DNA from: Lepidodermella squamata
Lineage: Eukaryota; Animalia; Gastrotricha
Length of the DNA: 64,000 nt
Direction of reading: 5' to 3'
NCBI GenBank assembly: GCA_047495785.1
Contig: JBLDXI010000026.1
Span: 62,001-126,000, forward strand
How positions within the stretch are numbered: the first letter of the stretch is position 1; every line of letters starts with the position of its first letter. Made by a program: the position numbers and the translations under genes. Under the pieces are notes generated by a model that worked only from the letters and a program-made list of their open reading frames with translations, was not told where the DNA came from and did no database searches. Shown one piece after another: positions 26,292-37,581 of the stretch.

Positions 26292-27478
26292 TTTGGGTGA
26301 AAATTTGGCTCGCGGGCTGTGTCCATTAAATAATGAACTCAAAAGCGATACAGAACAAATAATACAGCATCTGTATGCCGTGGGAGAGCACGACTGGTAA
26401 ACACCGGTTTCCAATGGAATTTTCTCTCAGATAAAAACCGATTTTTTTATTTGAACTGATATTAATGACTTCTTAATGACGCGTGTGATAGAAAATTGAT
26501 AAATAGGTCATGCAGCTATATCGCATGAACCGCAGTCAAAAGTGCCGTTGTCGGACTACGCCTAGGCGCGTGCGAAAATGTCGGCACGTGATAATATCAC
26601 CTAGTACGCCGTAGTCGCCGTATATACAGTGCAGCCCAGAAGTTAGGAAGATTAGGCAAGATTAGGAATTCCCCTAGCTGACCTAGTTTCAGGTCCACGA
26701 TTGTGTCCGCGATTCAGGTCCATGAATAAGCGAGCTTCAATTTGAGAATTCATTAGAAGCGTCGCAGCGCAGAGACATACCTTTAATATAGACGTAAATC
26801 TGGGGAGGCAACAGCGCTGCTTCCCCGCACAGATATGCGCCCGTTCATCGAGGCAAACGATCAGGATTGCCCGAAGACAACTGATCTGAAGCACATCAAG
26901 GAGAAAAACAAGTTGATTTTTTAGCAGGGATGTAAACTTAATCGAAGGAAGCAACAAAGCGACTTCTCAAATAAGGTCGCCTCGCTAAGAACACGGCATC
27001 GGCTTTCCAAATCTGAATTCTTCGTCCTTGCGCCGCACGCTCGGCTCGTCCCCAGGCCAGAGCAGGTCATTTTGTAAGACAATAAAATTAACCATCCCCG
27101 CCATGCCTTTCATCTTTTGATGATATGTATGTTTTTCTCATCAAGCTGTTGTGATGAAGTGCACATTTTCCAGTTTTTATTTGCTGGAATTTTCCGCTCG
27201 CCTTTTATTTTTCTATTATTTTCTCGCCGATCTGGTAGGATGTTGTTTTGTCTTTTTTGAACCAGTCGCCCTACCGAGCTCAGGGGTAAGGGCTAGCTGG
27301 AGCTTCTCACGTGATTCACGTGATATGGCGCATCGGGCATATTTACTCAATGAATGGCAGAGTGCTTTTCGAGCTGCCGAATCGAGCTCAAGTCATTATT
27401 CCTATTTCATACTTCGAAAGAAAGTCGATCATTTAATCCATTTAATCGATTTTATCCATTTAACATTTGCAGTTTAAT

Positions 27479-27632
27479 ATGGCCAAGCTCGTTGTAATTC
27501 TTGCGATTGTGGTAAGGTTTTTCTGCAATCATCATGTATCAGCGAAATAACTTATTTTTCCTTAAGGCCGCTGCACTACCTGCTCAACGGCTCATAAAAT
27601 CCACGCAAACATCGGGAACGTTAAACCAATGA
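27479..27632 (+). CDS. Possible tiny secreted peptide, 2 exons (27479-27511, 27567-27632)
   Basis: MAKLVVILAIV|AAALPAQRLIKSTQTSGTLNQ* with GTAAGG donor and pyrimidine-rich AG acceptor; very short. Confidence 0.35.
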
Positions 27633-27789
27633 TTTCATCAGGATATTGGAGTATGAATGATGATTGATAATAACTGAAATCCACTGCGAGAAGCTGCCCG
27701 TTTTCAGAAGGCAAGGGCCTCAGGGCACGTGCCCCGTGCACCTGATGCCAATGCAGAAGTTATACAAGTCTAAAAATGAAAGTTGCTTT

Positions 27790-27973
27790 GTTTACAGTTC
27801 TAAGAATTAAACTGCGGCAATCGTCGATCTATCGGTTGGTGATCTGGGCTATGCTGCGCGCGTGTGCTGACAATCGCAAGTGCCGCGCCTCGTATGACTT
27901 AGCTTAATGGGTTTAACAGAATTAAGGCAAATTATGAACCATAATAGGAGTCTTCATGTTTTTAGTTCGAACG
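27790..27973 (-). pseudogene. Degenerate subfamily I peptide copy E (signal/pro-region only)
   Basis: CCATAATAGGAGTCTTCATGTTTTTAGTTCGAACG, GCTGACAATCG and GGCAATCGTCGATCTATCGGTTGGTGATCTGG match copies A/C/D; Cys domain absent. Confidence 0.75.
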
Positions 27974-28659
27974 CTGAATTCATCCACTGCTCACGGTTGA
28001 TGCGGCTTTTTAGCTCATCCAGTCGACGAAGGAGCGTTTCGGCAGCGTCGAAAAAATGCGAAGAACCTAAAAGTACCGATTGAGCGCACGAAGGATAGTG
28101 GATAGGCGCAGCTCGGCGCCATATCGCAAAAACAGGGCGACGTACCACCACATGAAATAATGTGCCATTTCACCCACAACTACTGAGGTCGTTATCAAAA
28201 ATTGTTTCTCGTTGAAGGAGATGCCGAGGAAGCGCGGTATAGCCGTGTAATGCTGCGAAATGACAACCCGTGATTACTATACATTTTCAAATTACAAATC
28301 TTAAAAGCTGAGAAACCTTGAGATATAATCAATTTGTTATTATTTGATATTTTTATTAGTCAATATTTTCCATTGAAGCGACGGCATTTGAATTAGCGAA
28401 TGGGCACTAAACTATAAATATTTGAGAGACTAGCGCTGGCAAATCACATAGTTTGAAAGATCACAGAATTTGATGTATCAATTCATCGAGATCATAATTA
28501 AATTCATAGAGATCTACATTCATTCTATATTTTTACATTCTATACTTATGTCTATATTCAATTCATAGAGATCTACAATGTATAATCCATAAATGTATAT
28601 CCATATATCCATATCCATCCATATCCATTTATGTATATCCGTAAGTCTACAGTGTAGAG

Positions 28660-28974
28660 TTAAGTATTGGCGGACTTCCAGCATTCGATTAAGCATGATT
28701 TTATCGATTTCAAAACGACTCTGCCAAAATTGCATTGAAACAGTAAACAATTCGGAAATCGCAATTGCTTCGATTCGTTTCCAGATCTAAGAGGCTGTGG
28801 CTCCGCGGCATTAACCGTCGGTTGAGCTGGACTAGGCTGTGTGATTGTGCTTACAATAGGAAGCGTCTCGTCTAGACTAGGCTGTGAGCTGACAATCGGG
28901 AGCGCCTCGTTTGACGTGAAGTAGCTGCTTAACACGGTGAAAAGAATTGCTGCAAAAGATGCACTGAGAGCCAT
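28660..28974 (-). CDS. 4-Cys secreted peptide precursor, subfamily I copy B
   Basis: MALSASFAAILFTVLSSYFTSNEALPIVSSQPS...LRSGNESKQLRFPNCLLFQCNFGRVVLKSIKSCLIECWKSANT. Confidence 0.85.
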   Translation of the reverse strand: MALSASFAAILFTVLSSYFTSNEALPIVSSQPSLDETLPIVSTITQPSPAQPTVNAAEPQPLRSGNESKQLRFPNCLLFQCNFGRVVLKSIKSCLIECWKSANT

Positions 28975-29535
28975 AACAGGATTCTTTATGTTTTAGTGCA
29001 AACGATAATATATTCCACATCAACGAATTTAGATATGTGACACCGCACTTGCTGAATGCTGGTATATATGGTACCATTTTATCTCTCAGATCGATTTGAG
29101 GGAAATGTAAAATGATTCAAATTAATCTTTGCAGGTGACTAGTTTTCATCTTGACCAAATGAGAGGGTGTGGCTAGTTCACATGCTTTCATTCGCTATTC
29201 CAATATATTTATGCCATCAATGACGCAAAACCAGTAATGAATATCTAATGTGATTCTTTGATCTATGATAGATCTAATCTATGAATATCTTATCTATGAA
29301 TATTTAACAATAGAGCAAGTGAGGCTCTATGGTGAGCCGCAAAATTACTCATACGAAGCATGATTCATGACCCTCCAGATTGTCCGGGATAAGGTTTACA
29401 GTTTATTGAGAACCTGCTCTTTTCGAATAGAACCTGAAACAAGTCAATAGTATGGATCAACCATCAATCGATGAAAATGGTCACATTCAGCAGCAATACA
29501 TTCAATTTCGAATAGTTGCCTTATTGGGTTGGTTT
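28975..29535 (-). repeat. Duplicated upstream block of the subfamily I genes (also about 13600-13898 on +, 35197-35728, 44865-45340)
   Basis: Shared segments GACACCGCACTT, GACTAGTTTTCATCTT.ACC, TTTATTGAGAACCTGCTCTTT, GTATGGATCAACCAT.AATCGATGAAAATGGT, GCAATACATTCAATTTC (the last three only in B, C, D). Confidence 0.9.
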
Positions 29536-29650
29536 CATTGCGCAACCATTTCATTGCGGAATTATTTATCTGCGGAGAAAAGCTATTTGATGGCAGTTCT
29601 AGGGGCTTTCGAATACCCTGATCACGATTTTAAACGCCGTGTTTGTCTTT

Positions 29651-32600
29651 CAGGGCTGCAAAATCTGCAGAACTTCCCGCGCAGTGAAAATGATTTCCCA
29701 TAAAACCCGCTCGCTCGCTGCGCTCGCTCGCGGAATCCTCTACTTCCCTGGAGTATTTTTTGCATTTACGTTCATTCACTCTTTTTTCCTTTTTCTCTCT
29801 CTCTCTCTTTTTGTTTTTTCTTCGGGCTTATTTTTCCGTTACATTATTCATTCAGTTATTTCTTGGATTTTTAATATCGAATGGTTACGCCTCGTAGAGA
29901 AAAAGAAGTCTTTGACTCGAAAGCTCAGGTTGCATGCGGCGTCTGCAAGAACAGCATTCGGAATGACCGACTACAACAGCATTTCGACTCGCAGCATCCA
30001 GGCTTAGCTGCCCATACAGTGTTACCTTCGGGTCAAAAATTCCTACCTTATGCATCGCCGCCTAATTATAAGTCGCCAGCTTCAGTCAACAAGGACAACA
30101 AAGCCTCTAAGCGATTGGCTTTCGACTCTCCAGGTGCCAAGCAGATCCAACCTAAGAAGACTCGTGTTGAAGAAACAGCTGGTTCTTCTCAAGCGTCATT
30201 GGCTCCTGTAGCCGCGGGATCGAGAAGTCATTCGGTTGATCCGGCGATTGGGCAGCGTGCTGTTACTGCAGCTGATGAGCGAAGTCAAAGCACAATTGGA
30301 TATCGTTCAACAGTGCATTGCGAAGATATACGTGGTACTTCGTCTCTATCTGGTGCCACAGAATTCAGGTTGGACTCGATTGATAACCGTTTAACGGATC
30401 TGCAGAAGGATTTGAAGCTCATAATTTCGTTGAGTAATAAGGCTGATGTGACTTCACCTGAAGACGAAGACGAAGAAAAATCAGTCAAAGAAGCAATGAT
30501 GGCGTTGATCCACTGCTCGAAATCTTTGGATCGAATTTTGCAAGTCTGTCCGTCATTCAAACTTCTCACCGATGATCGAGTTGAATGCTTAACATGTCAT
30601 GCAGAATTTAGTCGACTTCAAGAGTTTTATACGTTGCGGCGTAATCTCAAGTTACATCTTATGACTAATCAACACGTCATTCAAGAAAATAAACTGAAAG
30701 CCGAAGAACAAGGCCGGGCAAAACAAATGAGTCGCAATGAGCAAGCCGGAATGAACGTGGGCCGCGTCGCTTACTACCTGCTTAAACATGGTCGACCGTA
30801 TGTTGATTTTGAAATCTTGCTATTTCTGATGTGGAAAAATGGGAGCTACGTTGGCGAGATCAACCATTCTCGTGACTTGATACCAAATTTGAGGCCATTA
30901 TTTCATACTTTGATAATGGCAAAGGTACATGCCTATCTTCTTTCGCCTTTGGAGGCAACCCAAGAGCGGCCATTAGTATCAATTCTTGCGGATAAAATGT
31001 CCCCTAAGAAGCGCACTGGTCACATGTTCGGAGCGACGGTTTTTACCCCAGAGAGCGCCAACCTTCTCACGACATTTTCTCTGAATATTCTGCCGGTGAA
31101 AAATCACACCGGAGATGGATTGGCTCTTCAAGTAATCGACGTTTGTCGCCAAAATAGCATTGAGATCTCGCAGATTGCGAGCTGTGGATTTGACGGACAA
31201 TATTTTAAACTGGGTGTCGATGAAAAGCTGAAAGCCCACGGACTTGAAGCCCATTGCGAGTGGGATATGCCTCATCGTGTCCAGCTTGCCGAAAAGGATT
31301 TTCGGGAGGCAGTCAAATGGGTTCGTGACTCACTCTCACTGGTTGCAAACTTCGTCTCTGAATTGAATTTCGGAAAATCTTTGGAAGTTCTGCTAGATAT
31401 CGTTGAAGAAGAAAAGGCTGACTACACATCGCTCAAATCCTATTCCTCAACTCGGTGAGTAAATGTGATTTGTTTTTTGTTCAATTTTCCAAAATAATAA
31501 GGCCATTGAATTGCTCTACTTGGAAAATCAATTGAGTATTATCTGACTAACGATTGCTCCTATGACAAAATCAACGTCATTTTCGAAATCAGCATGAAAT
31601 TCTGAGTAGATCTATATGAAACAACACTAGTCTATCAATTTCCTATCAATAGGTGCAATAAAGCAATAAAAACACTAATTACCCCTAATTATCTCAGGAA
31701 CGGTGATGAATACGAAAATTCTGAAAAAACAGCCGTGCTCAGCGTGTAAAACTTACCCCTTCGGGATTTCTAAGGGGGAAATTGACATGAAAGGAGCCGA
31801 TTTACCGACTTTTCTTTCATCTGTTAGTTCAAAGGCGGTATTTTATTAATTAGCGGAAGTAAATAACCGCAAAAGTCTATGCAGTAAAATTCAACGCAAA
31901 ATCCCGTTAACGGCTTTTCTGAGTCACTTCTAGGGTAATTTTTCGCGAGGATTTCGAATTTTCGACGCTCCAATCACCCAGATGCATCAATCTATCGGAA
32001 TTCGATTATCGATTATCGATTTTTTTCTAATCGATTTTTTTCTTCCTTAGATTTGCGTCTTATGTTCATCAGGCGCTAAAAGCGGTATGGGATGATCTGA
32101 AGGTTATGATTTTAGCTCTGGCGGATATATCCGAATCACCGAGCACGGAAGTGAAGAAGAAAGCGCGATGTTCGGCGATTCTCAAGGAAGTTAAAACGGC
32201 CAGATTCATCGCTGACCTTGGTCTGCTTATCGATTTCTATGAATTACTTGGCAGAGTCTCGATGAGAGTGCAGACTGTTAACTTGCTTCCACGTCAGCGC
32301 ACAGGCGCAATCAAATCGATGATTGACGATCTCTCTAAAATGGAGGCTGATATGACAAAGGTATTGTCTTGCCACACTTATGTCGAGGCTTCCTGCGAAC
32401 CGACCGACGCTTGGTCGATATTCTCTAGAACTCGCGTTCACATCGCAACTAACAATTTTGCCGGCATCGCCCTCGTTAGCGAATTTTCGACGAGATTCAA
32501 AGCTAACGCGCATGAAGATCGTAGAGAGCTGCTGCTGGGCTCTTGCAAGCGCGGAGTGGAAATTTGTCGAGTGATGAAAAAATTTCTGAAAACGCGAGTA

Positions 32601-33403
32601 CCAGAAATAGGGAATAAGGACAATTGGATTGCGGAGTTTATTGACGCTGCGGCAGCCACTTGTGGCCGAAAAGGATGCATCAAGGAACTGATCGGAGTGC
32701 CGAGCGAATTCAGCCAGACAGTGTCTGATTTGTTATCCGAGCTTCAAGCTGTGAAACGATCCGATTTTATTTCAGAAAATTCCCGCAACCCCGAAATCGA
32801 CGTCGTCAAGACTATATTCAGGTCATTTTTCAAAAATCGATCTGAATTCCTGCGCGTTTTAGCTCGCTATGTTATGTCTAAGCCGATTGAATCGGTTGTC
32901 GAATCGATCGGATCTATCATCCGATTTAGGACAGAAGCCCATCAAATTGGCGGTTTGATGAACTTGGCAGCGCTTAATGAAGAAGTCGCGATCCATTGGA
33001 ATGGTCCAACCATTAACAACGCCGACGGATTGGTGCGAAAGGTTCTGGAAGAGAAATTTGGCGGCGGACCCGACAAATGGCACTTCACCACGGTCGACGA
33101 CAGGGCCAAATATAAACAAACGAGCAAGGTTATCACTCGCATTTCCAATGAAAATAATGACGTTTCATTCATGAAATGGTGATTATTGATGAGTTGAATT
33201 GAATCGAATCGATTATTTGATGAAGTAAACGTGAGAAAAAAGTATGAATTTTTGGGTCAATTTCCCGTTGTTTTTCCGGATTTCCCGGTGATTTAAGACG
33301 ATTTCCAGGCACATTTCAAGCGAAATTTCCCAAAAAATTTCCCGCTGCGCTGAAAAATTTCCCGCGCAGCCACTGCGCCATTTTTGCAGATTTTGCATCC
33401 CTG
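29651..33403 (+). mobile_element. hAT-superfamily DNA transposon, apparently complete
   Basis: TIRs CAGGGCTGCAAAATCTGCA / TGCAGATTTTGCATCCCTG; perfect 8-bp TSD TTGTCTTT at 29643-29650 and 33404-33411; subterminal TTCCCGC repeats. Confidence 0.95.
29881..33182 (+). CDS. hAT transposase, 2 exons (29881-31454, 32051-33182), ~901 aa
   Basis: N-terminal C2H2 (CGVC...HFDSQH), ILAD, GFDG, WDMPH (CxxH position), ST|RF (TRW position), ESVVESIGS; the GTGAGT...TCCTTAG intron joins both ORFs in frame. Confidence 0.9.
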
Positions 33404-34908
33404 TTGTCTTTATCTATCACCGTTACGGCTGTACAAAAACTGGCCCAAATCGTCCTATCCGGTGTCCTGGTCTCGCAATCATGTAGCCAACATCGAAAAG
33501 CAATATTCGTCCTCAAATCAAGAAGTCATCAAATTCAATTTTCTGCAAATTTTCTAAGTCGAAATTCCGAAATCGTCCTTCCCGCCGTGAAAGGGTTAAA
33601 CAGCTTTATTACTTCAATAACTATTCAAGGTCAGTAGTTATGCGCCGTGACAGTTTGTACCTATAATCATGTCACCACTGTTGTTCGCGAACAAGAGGCA
33701 TAACATAGAATAACAAAGAATAAAGAATTACCGACCGGTTTTTTTCGCAAATAAGTTTCATTTTGGAATTAAAAAATATTGGCCCATATATAGTCGTCAA
33801 ACTTTGGCGCGTAATTTTTCTGCCATATTTTCAGATTTTCTCCGCTTCAGTAAAAAGTGTACATGGCTGCGCTATGAACTATATTCAATCTATATTCTAT
33901 ATTCTATATATCTATATTCTAACTATAGATATCTATAATGTAAATTACCGGGTTCGTACCAACATATGCGGACATATGGACATCTGTATGTCCGCATATG
34001 TCTGCAGACATTGCAGTATACAAGTAGGCTCTATTAAATATCGGTTTCAATTAAAGTTTAAAGTTAAGTATAATATAACATACTGGCTGATAGGCGAGGA
34101 CCTTCTGATCAGCAGCTAGTCGTAATTGTGATACTGTAATAATCCTAAGATCCGAATATTCACATTTTAACTGCAGTTTTCAAGTTGAAAGGCATGGAGC
34201 ATTAGAGGCTTGTTCTGCCGCGTTGCCAACGATAAGATTGTAACGGTGACAGGTATTCAAAGTCAAAGGTTCTTGACCGATCGACCCGACTTGTATGATA
34301 TTAAATGAAGTTTAGCAAAAACACGTTCGAATGTACGAAACTAAAAGGCTTTTTATTTACGGCTGAACCTAGCTACACTTGTTGATCTCCAAAGCGGAAG
34401 ATGATATAAAAGTATAAAATTTGGCCTGTTTATAGGCATATAGGCGGAATGGCATCAGGTTATTGCTAGCACGCACTAGACAGGAATAACAATTCGTGGC
34501 GCGACACGTGCTATTTATTAAAGGTGTCACCGCCACACTCGTCCGTGCTTCGGTAAATCCGAAACCGGGTGGAACTAGCCAGAAAATAATGACGAAGTTT
34601 TCATGGAATTATGTAATCATGATCACAAGACAGCTGTTGTTCAGATCATTGACATTTTAACCTGAGTCGGAACGTTGAACGGTGAATCGGAACGGTGAAT
34701 AGCACAGACGGTCGGAGGGTTAGATGTTAGATGTGCGGAGGCCATTAGAAACGAATCGAACGAAACGTGTTGATGCCAAGGATGCTACCACGCGGGATTA
34801 TAGGTATGGTTCGCAGGCGCGGACCAAGTTGCCGGAATATTGCCGGGCGAGAGTCGGCGGTCGAGTGCACACATCGAGGAAGGTCGGGAAGGCACATATC
34901 TATGAAGT

Positions 34909-35196
34909 CTACGGTGAACTATTTAGCTTGGCGAGCTTCCAGCATTGTTTCATGCATGGTGCGCTCGCAAACGGACCGACACTGCCCATATTGCATAGGA
35001 ACTGTAAGCAATCCTTAATTAGCTTCGCTTTGTTTCCAGATCTAAGAAACTGTGAAAATCGCCAATCCATTGGTTGATCAGGACTAGGCTGTGAGCTGAC
35101 AATCGGAAGCGCCTCGTTTGACGTGACGTAGCTGCTTAACACTGTGAACAGAATTGCTGCAACGGAAGCGCTTAGGGCCATAACAGGAGTCTTCAT
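34909..35196 (-). CDS. 4-Cys secreted peptide precursor, subfamily I copy C
   Basis: MKTPVMALSASVAAILFTVLSSYVTSNEALPIVSSQPSPDQPMDWRFSQFLRSGNKAKLIKDCLQFLCNMGSVGPFASAPCMKQCWK. Confidence 0.85.
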   Translation of the reverse strand: MKTPVMALSASVAAILFTVLSSYVTSNEALPIVSSQPSPDQPMDWRFSQFLRSGNKAKLIKDCLQFLCNMGSVGPFASAPCMKQCWKLAKLNSSP

Positions 35197-36927
35197 GTTT
35201 TTAGTTTAAACGATAATATCCTCCACTTGAGCGAATTTAGCTATCTGACACCGCACTTGCTGAATGCTCATTTTTATATCTATTATCTATATCTATATCT
35301 ATATATCTATATCTATTATTTCTTTTATATCTCATTTCGATTTCAGGGAAATAAAAGATGAGTCAATTTCATCTTTGAAATGACTAGTTTTCATCTTCAC
35401 CAATAATGAGACTGGGAAATGAGAGCGCGGTAAATGCAGTAACTTTCAATAGCTATTTTGATGTTATTACGCCAACAATAGTAACGAATATCTAATTAAA
35501 TTCTCATAGAGCAGGTGAAAGCAAGCTCAATGGCGAGTCGCAAAAGTACTCATACAACGCAATGATTCACCGTAAAGTTATTTTCTGTTTTTTTAAGGGA
35601 TGAGGTTTACAATTTATTGAGAACCTGCTCTTTGCAAATAATAGAACCTCAAACAAGTCAACAGTATGGATCAACCATTAATCGATGAAAATGGTTAAAT
35701 TTAGTAGCAATACATTCAATTTCCAAGATTGATCATGCTAAATAAAGAGCCCCCTAATTACTTCGCGCGTTTCCCCTAAATAGGGTGGCTCAAGTACCTT
35801 GTTTAAGGGGAAGCTTCACTGTACCCTGAGCCCCTTAGTTAACGTCTAATTAGAGTGATTTGTTTTCTGGTGCACCCCTATCGGTATGTAACATTCTTCT
35901 GAAAGAATAAAACTGATGCACGTTATTCGTACTGAGCAGCGGATAAGTTGAACATCTTCAGTCTTGATACCATAAAAATAAATGAATCCATAGTGAAAAC
36001 GAGGTTTTTGTATCGTAACAACGGTTGGGTTGCCCAACTCATATCTGATACCACGTGAATGAGCAGCTCGCATTCTATTGGTATTAAGCAGAGATGAGAA
36101 TGGGTCGGGTCATTTGGGTCTTTTTTGGGAAGCCAGTCCGGAGAACCCGTACTGGGTGTAGTGGGTTTTCCCGCTACAAGCAATCTCATCTGAGCCCTAT
36201 ACGACAGGCACACAGACATCTGGCACCGGTATTGAGGGCTGGGGTAGCACACCACGCATTTCTAGGTAGCGTGGCAGGATACAATGGGAGACAGTAAGTT
36301 TTCCCAAACCGGTAGTCTAACCGGTAGATGCACTGGTATTAGGCAACTGATGGCTCGGAGTATCCCACAAAGTTTGCTGGGGCAGCCACCAAGTCAAGCG
36401 GTACCACCACGTCAAGGTTCCAGTGCTTCGGCCCGTTTTTTTATTTGGGAAAATTATTCCCAAGGGCTAGGGCCCAGTGGACCCATCTAGAGACCAGTGG
36501 TCCCGATGCCCTTAAAGCTGCTTTCTTTCAAGTTGAAAAAAAGCAGACTGAGCTCCCAAGGAGCCTGCCAGGTACTTTTATAGGCAGTGGTGTGCGCCCA
36601 GTCCGCGCACTCCCTATTGCTGGACGTTCCCATGGTGATGGCGTTCATCTTGCGGGCTAGTGGAGCCCGAAAGGTAGCCTGCAGACAGTGCCGTGGGCCG
36701 TATGGCCGCTAAGGCCAGCTTAGTGCCTCGGAGTGACAAATGGTCGCTGGGCAAGTGACCTGCCATCATGGGACCCGTGTCCTAGAGGAGCGGTAGTGCC
36801 TCCATAGGGTGCGGAGTAGTGTCGTCGAAATAAAAAGTGGGTGCCACTCATCTAAGAGTACTATGTCGCTAACAATGTTTTATTAACAAACGCCAGAGCA
36901 CCCAGTTGATGCAAGCACAGTTAGTGT

Positions 36928-37400
36928 TCAGTCGCTAGAATTGTCCGGGTCACCCCGTCGGGCTAGGCGTTTTGCTTCGTAGCCATAGATGACGGCGCAC
37001 CAGCATTCCGGCCAGGGGACTGTATCTGGGGTGTTCTGAGACTTCTTCCGCCACGTCTGTTGTACAATAATGTTCCAGAAATTGCGCAGTACGCAACAAG
37101 CCTTGCGATGCTTGGCCACATAGTGTAGGTAGATGCCGTAGATCCGTCGAGCAGTAAAGCTGCATTGACGGAAACCGCAGATGAGCTTTTCTGGTTCGAG
37201 GCGGAAAAAGGGAACCCTCCGTTTTTCCGACCAGATGGTCAGCCACCAGCTGTGTTGACCGGTAGCACGGCCGCCCTCGGACTCGGGGTCGACTGGCCGG
37301 GGGAAGCCGGCAAACTGGCTGGGAACACCCGATTCCGGAAGTTCCCATTCTCTGTTAGAACAGCGAACTGCGCTTCTGCCCAAAGGCAGGGTGACTCTAC
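36928..37400 (-). CDS. ATG-less 3' exon of PLE unit 1 encoding a C2H2 zinc-finger module
   Basis: C-x4-C-x12-H-x4-H (CGFRQC...HYVAKH); preceded by a pyrimidine tract + CAG; homolog conserved in unit 2; AATAAA follows the stop. Confidence 0.8.
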
Positions 37401-37581
37401 CTGTCAACGTGGCAAGAGGCAGTAACGAACGATATTACTTTTATTCAACTCCACAAAATGTTTCATAAAAATAGAGATGAGCCAATAGTAGTTCAATAGT
37501 CTGTCGTGCCGTACACGTCCAGCCCAAACGGGTTGGCCACTACTGGCGTCCAGCAGTCCCACCTGAAAGTAAAACAAGTGG

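Noticed and set aside
34239-34886. Solo LTR (TGTAAC...CACA)
   Set aside because: No target-site duplication, second copy, PBS or PPT seen
37100-37145. 'GIY' tripeptide in the PLE downstream exon as a GIY-YIG nuclease
   Set aside because: No YIG, Arg or Glu motifs follow; unit 2 reads GMY; the residues lie inside a C2H2 finger
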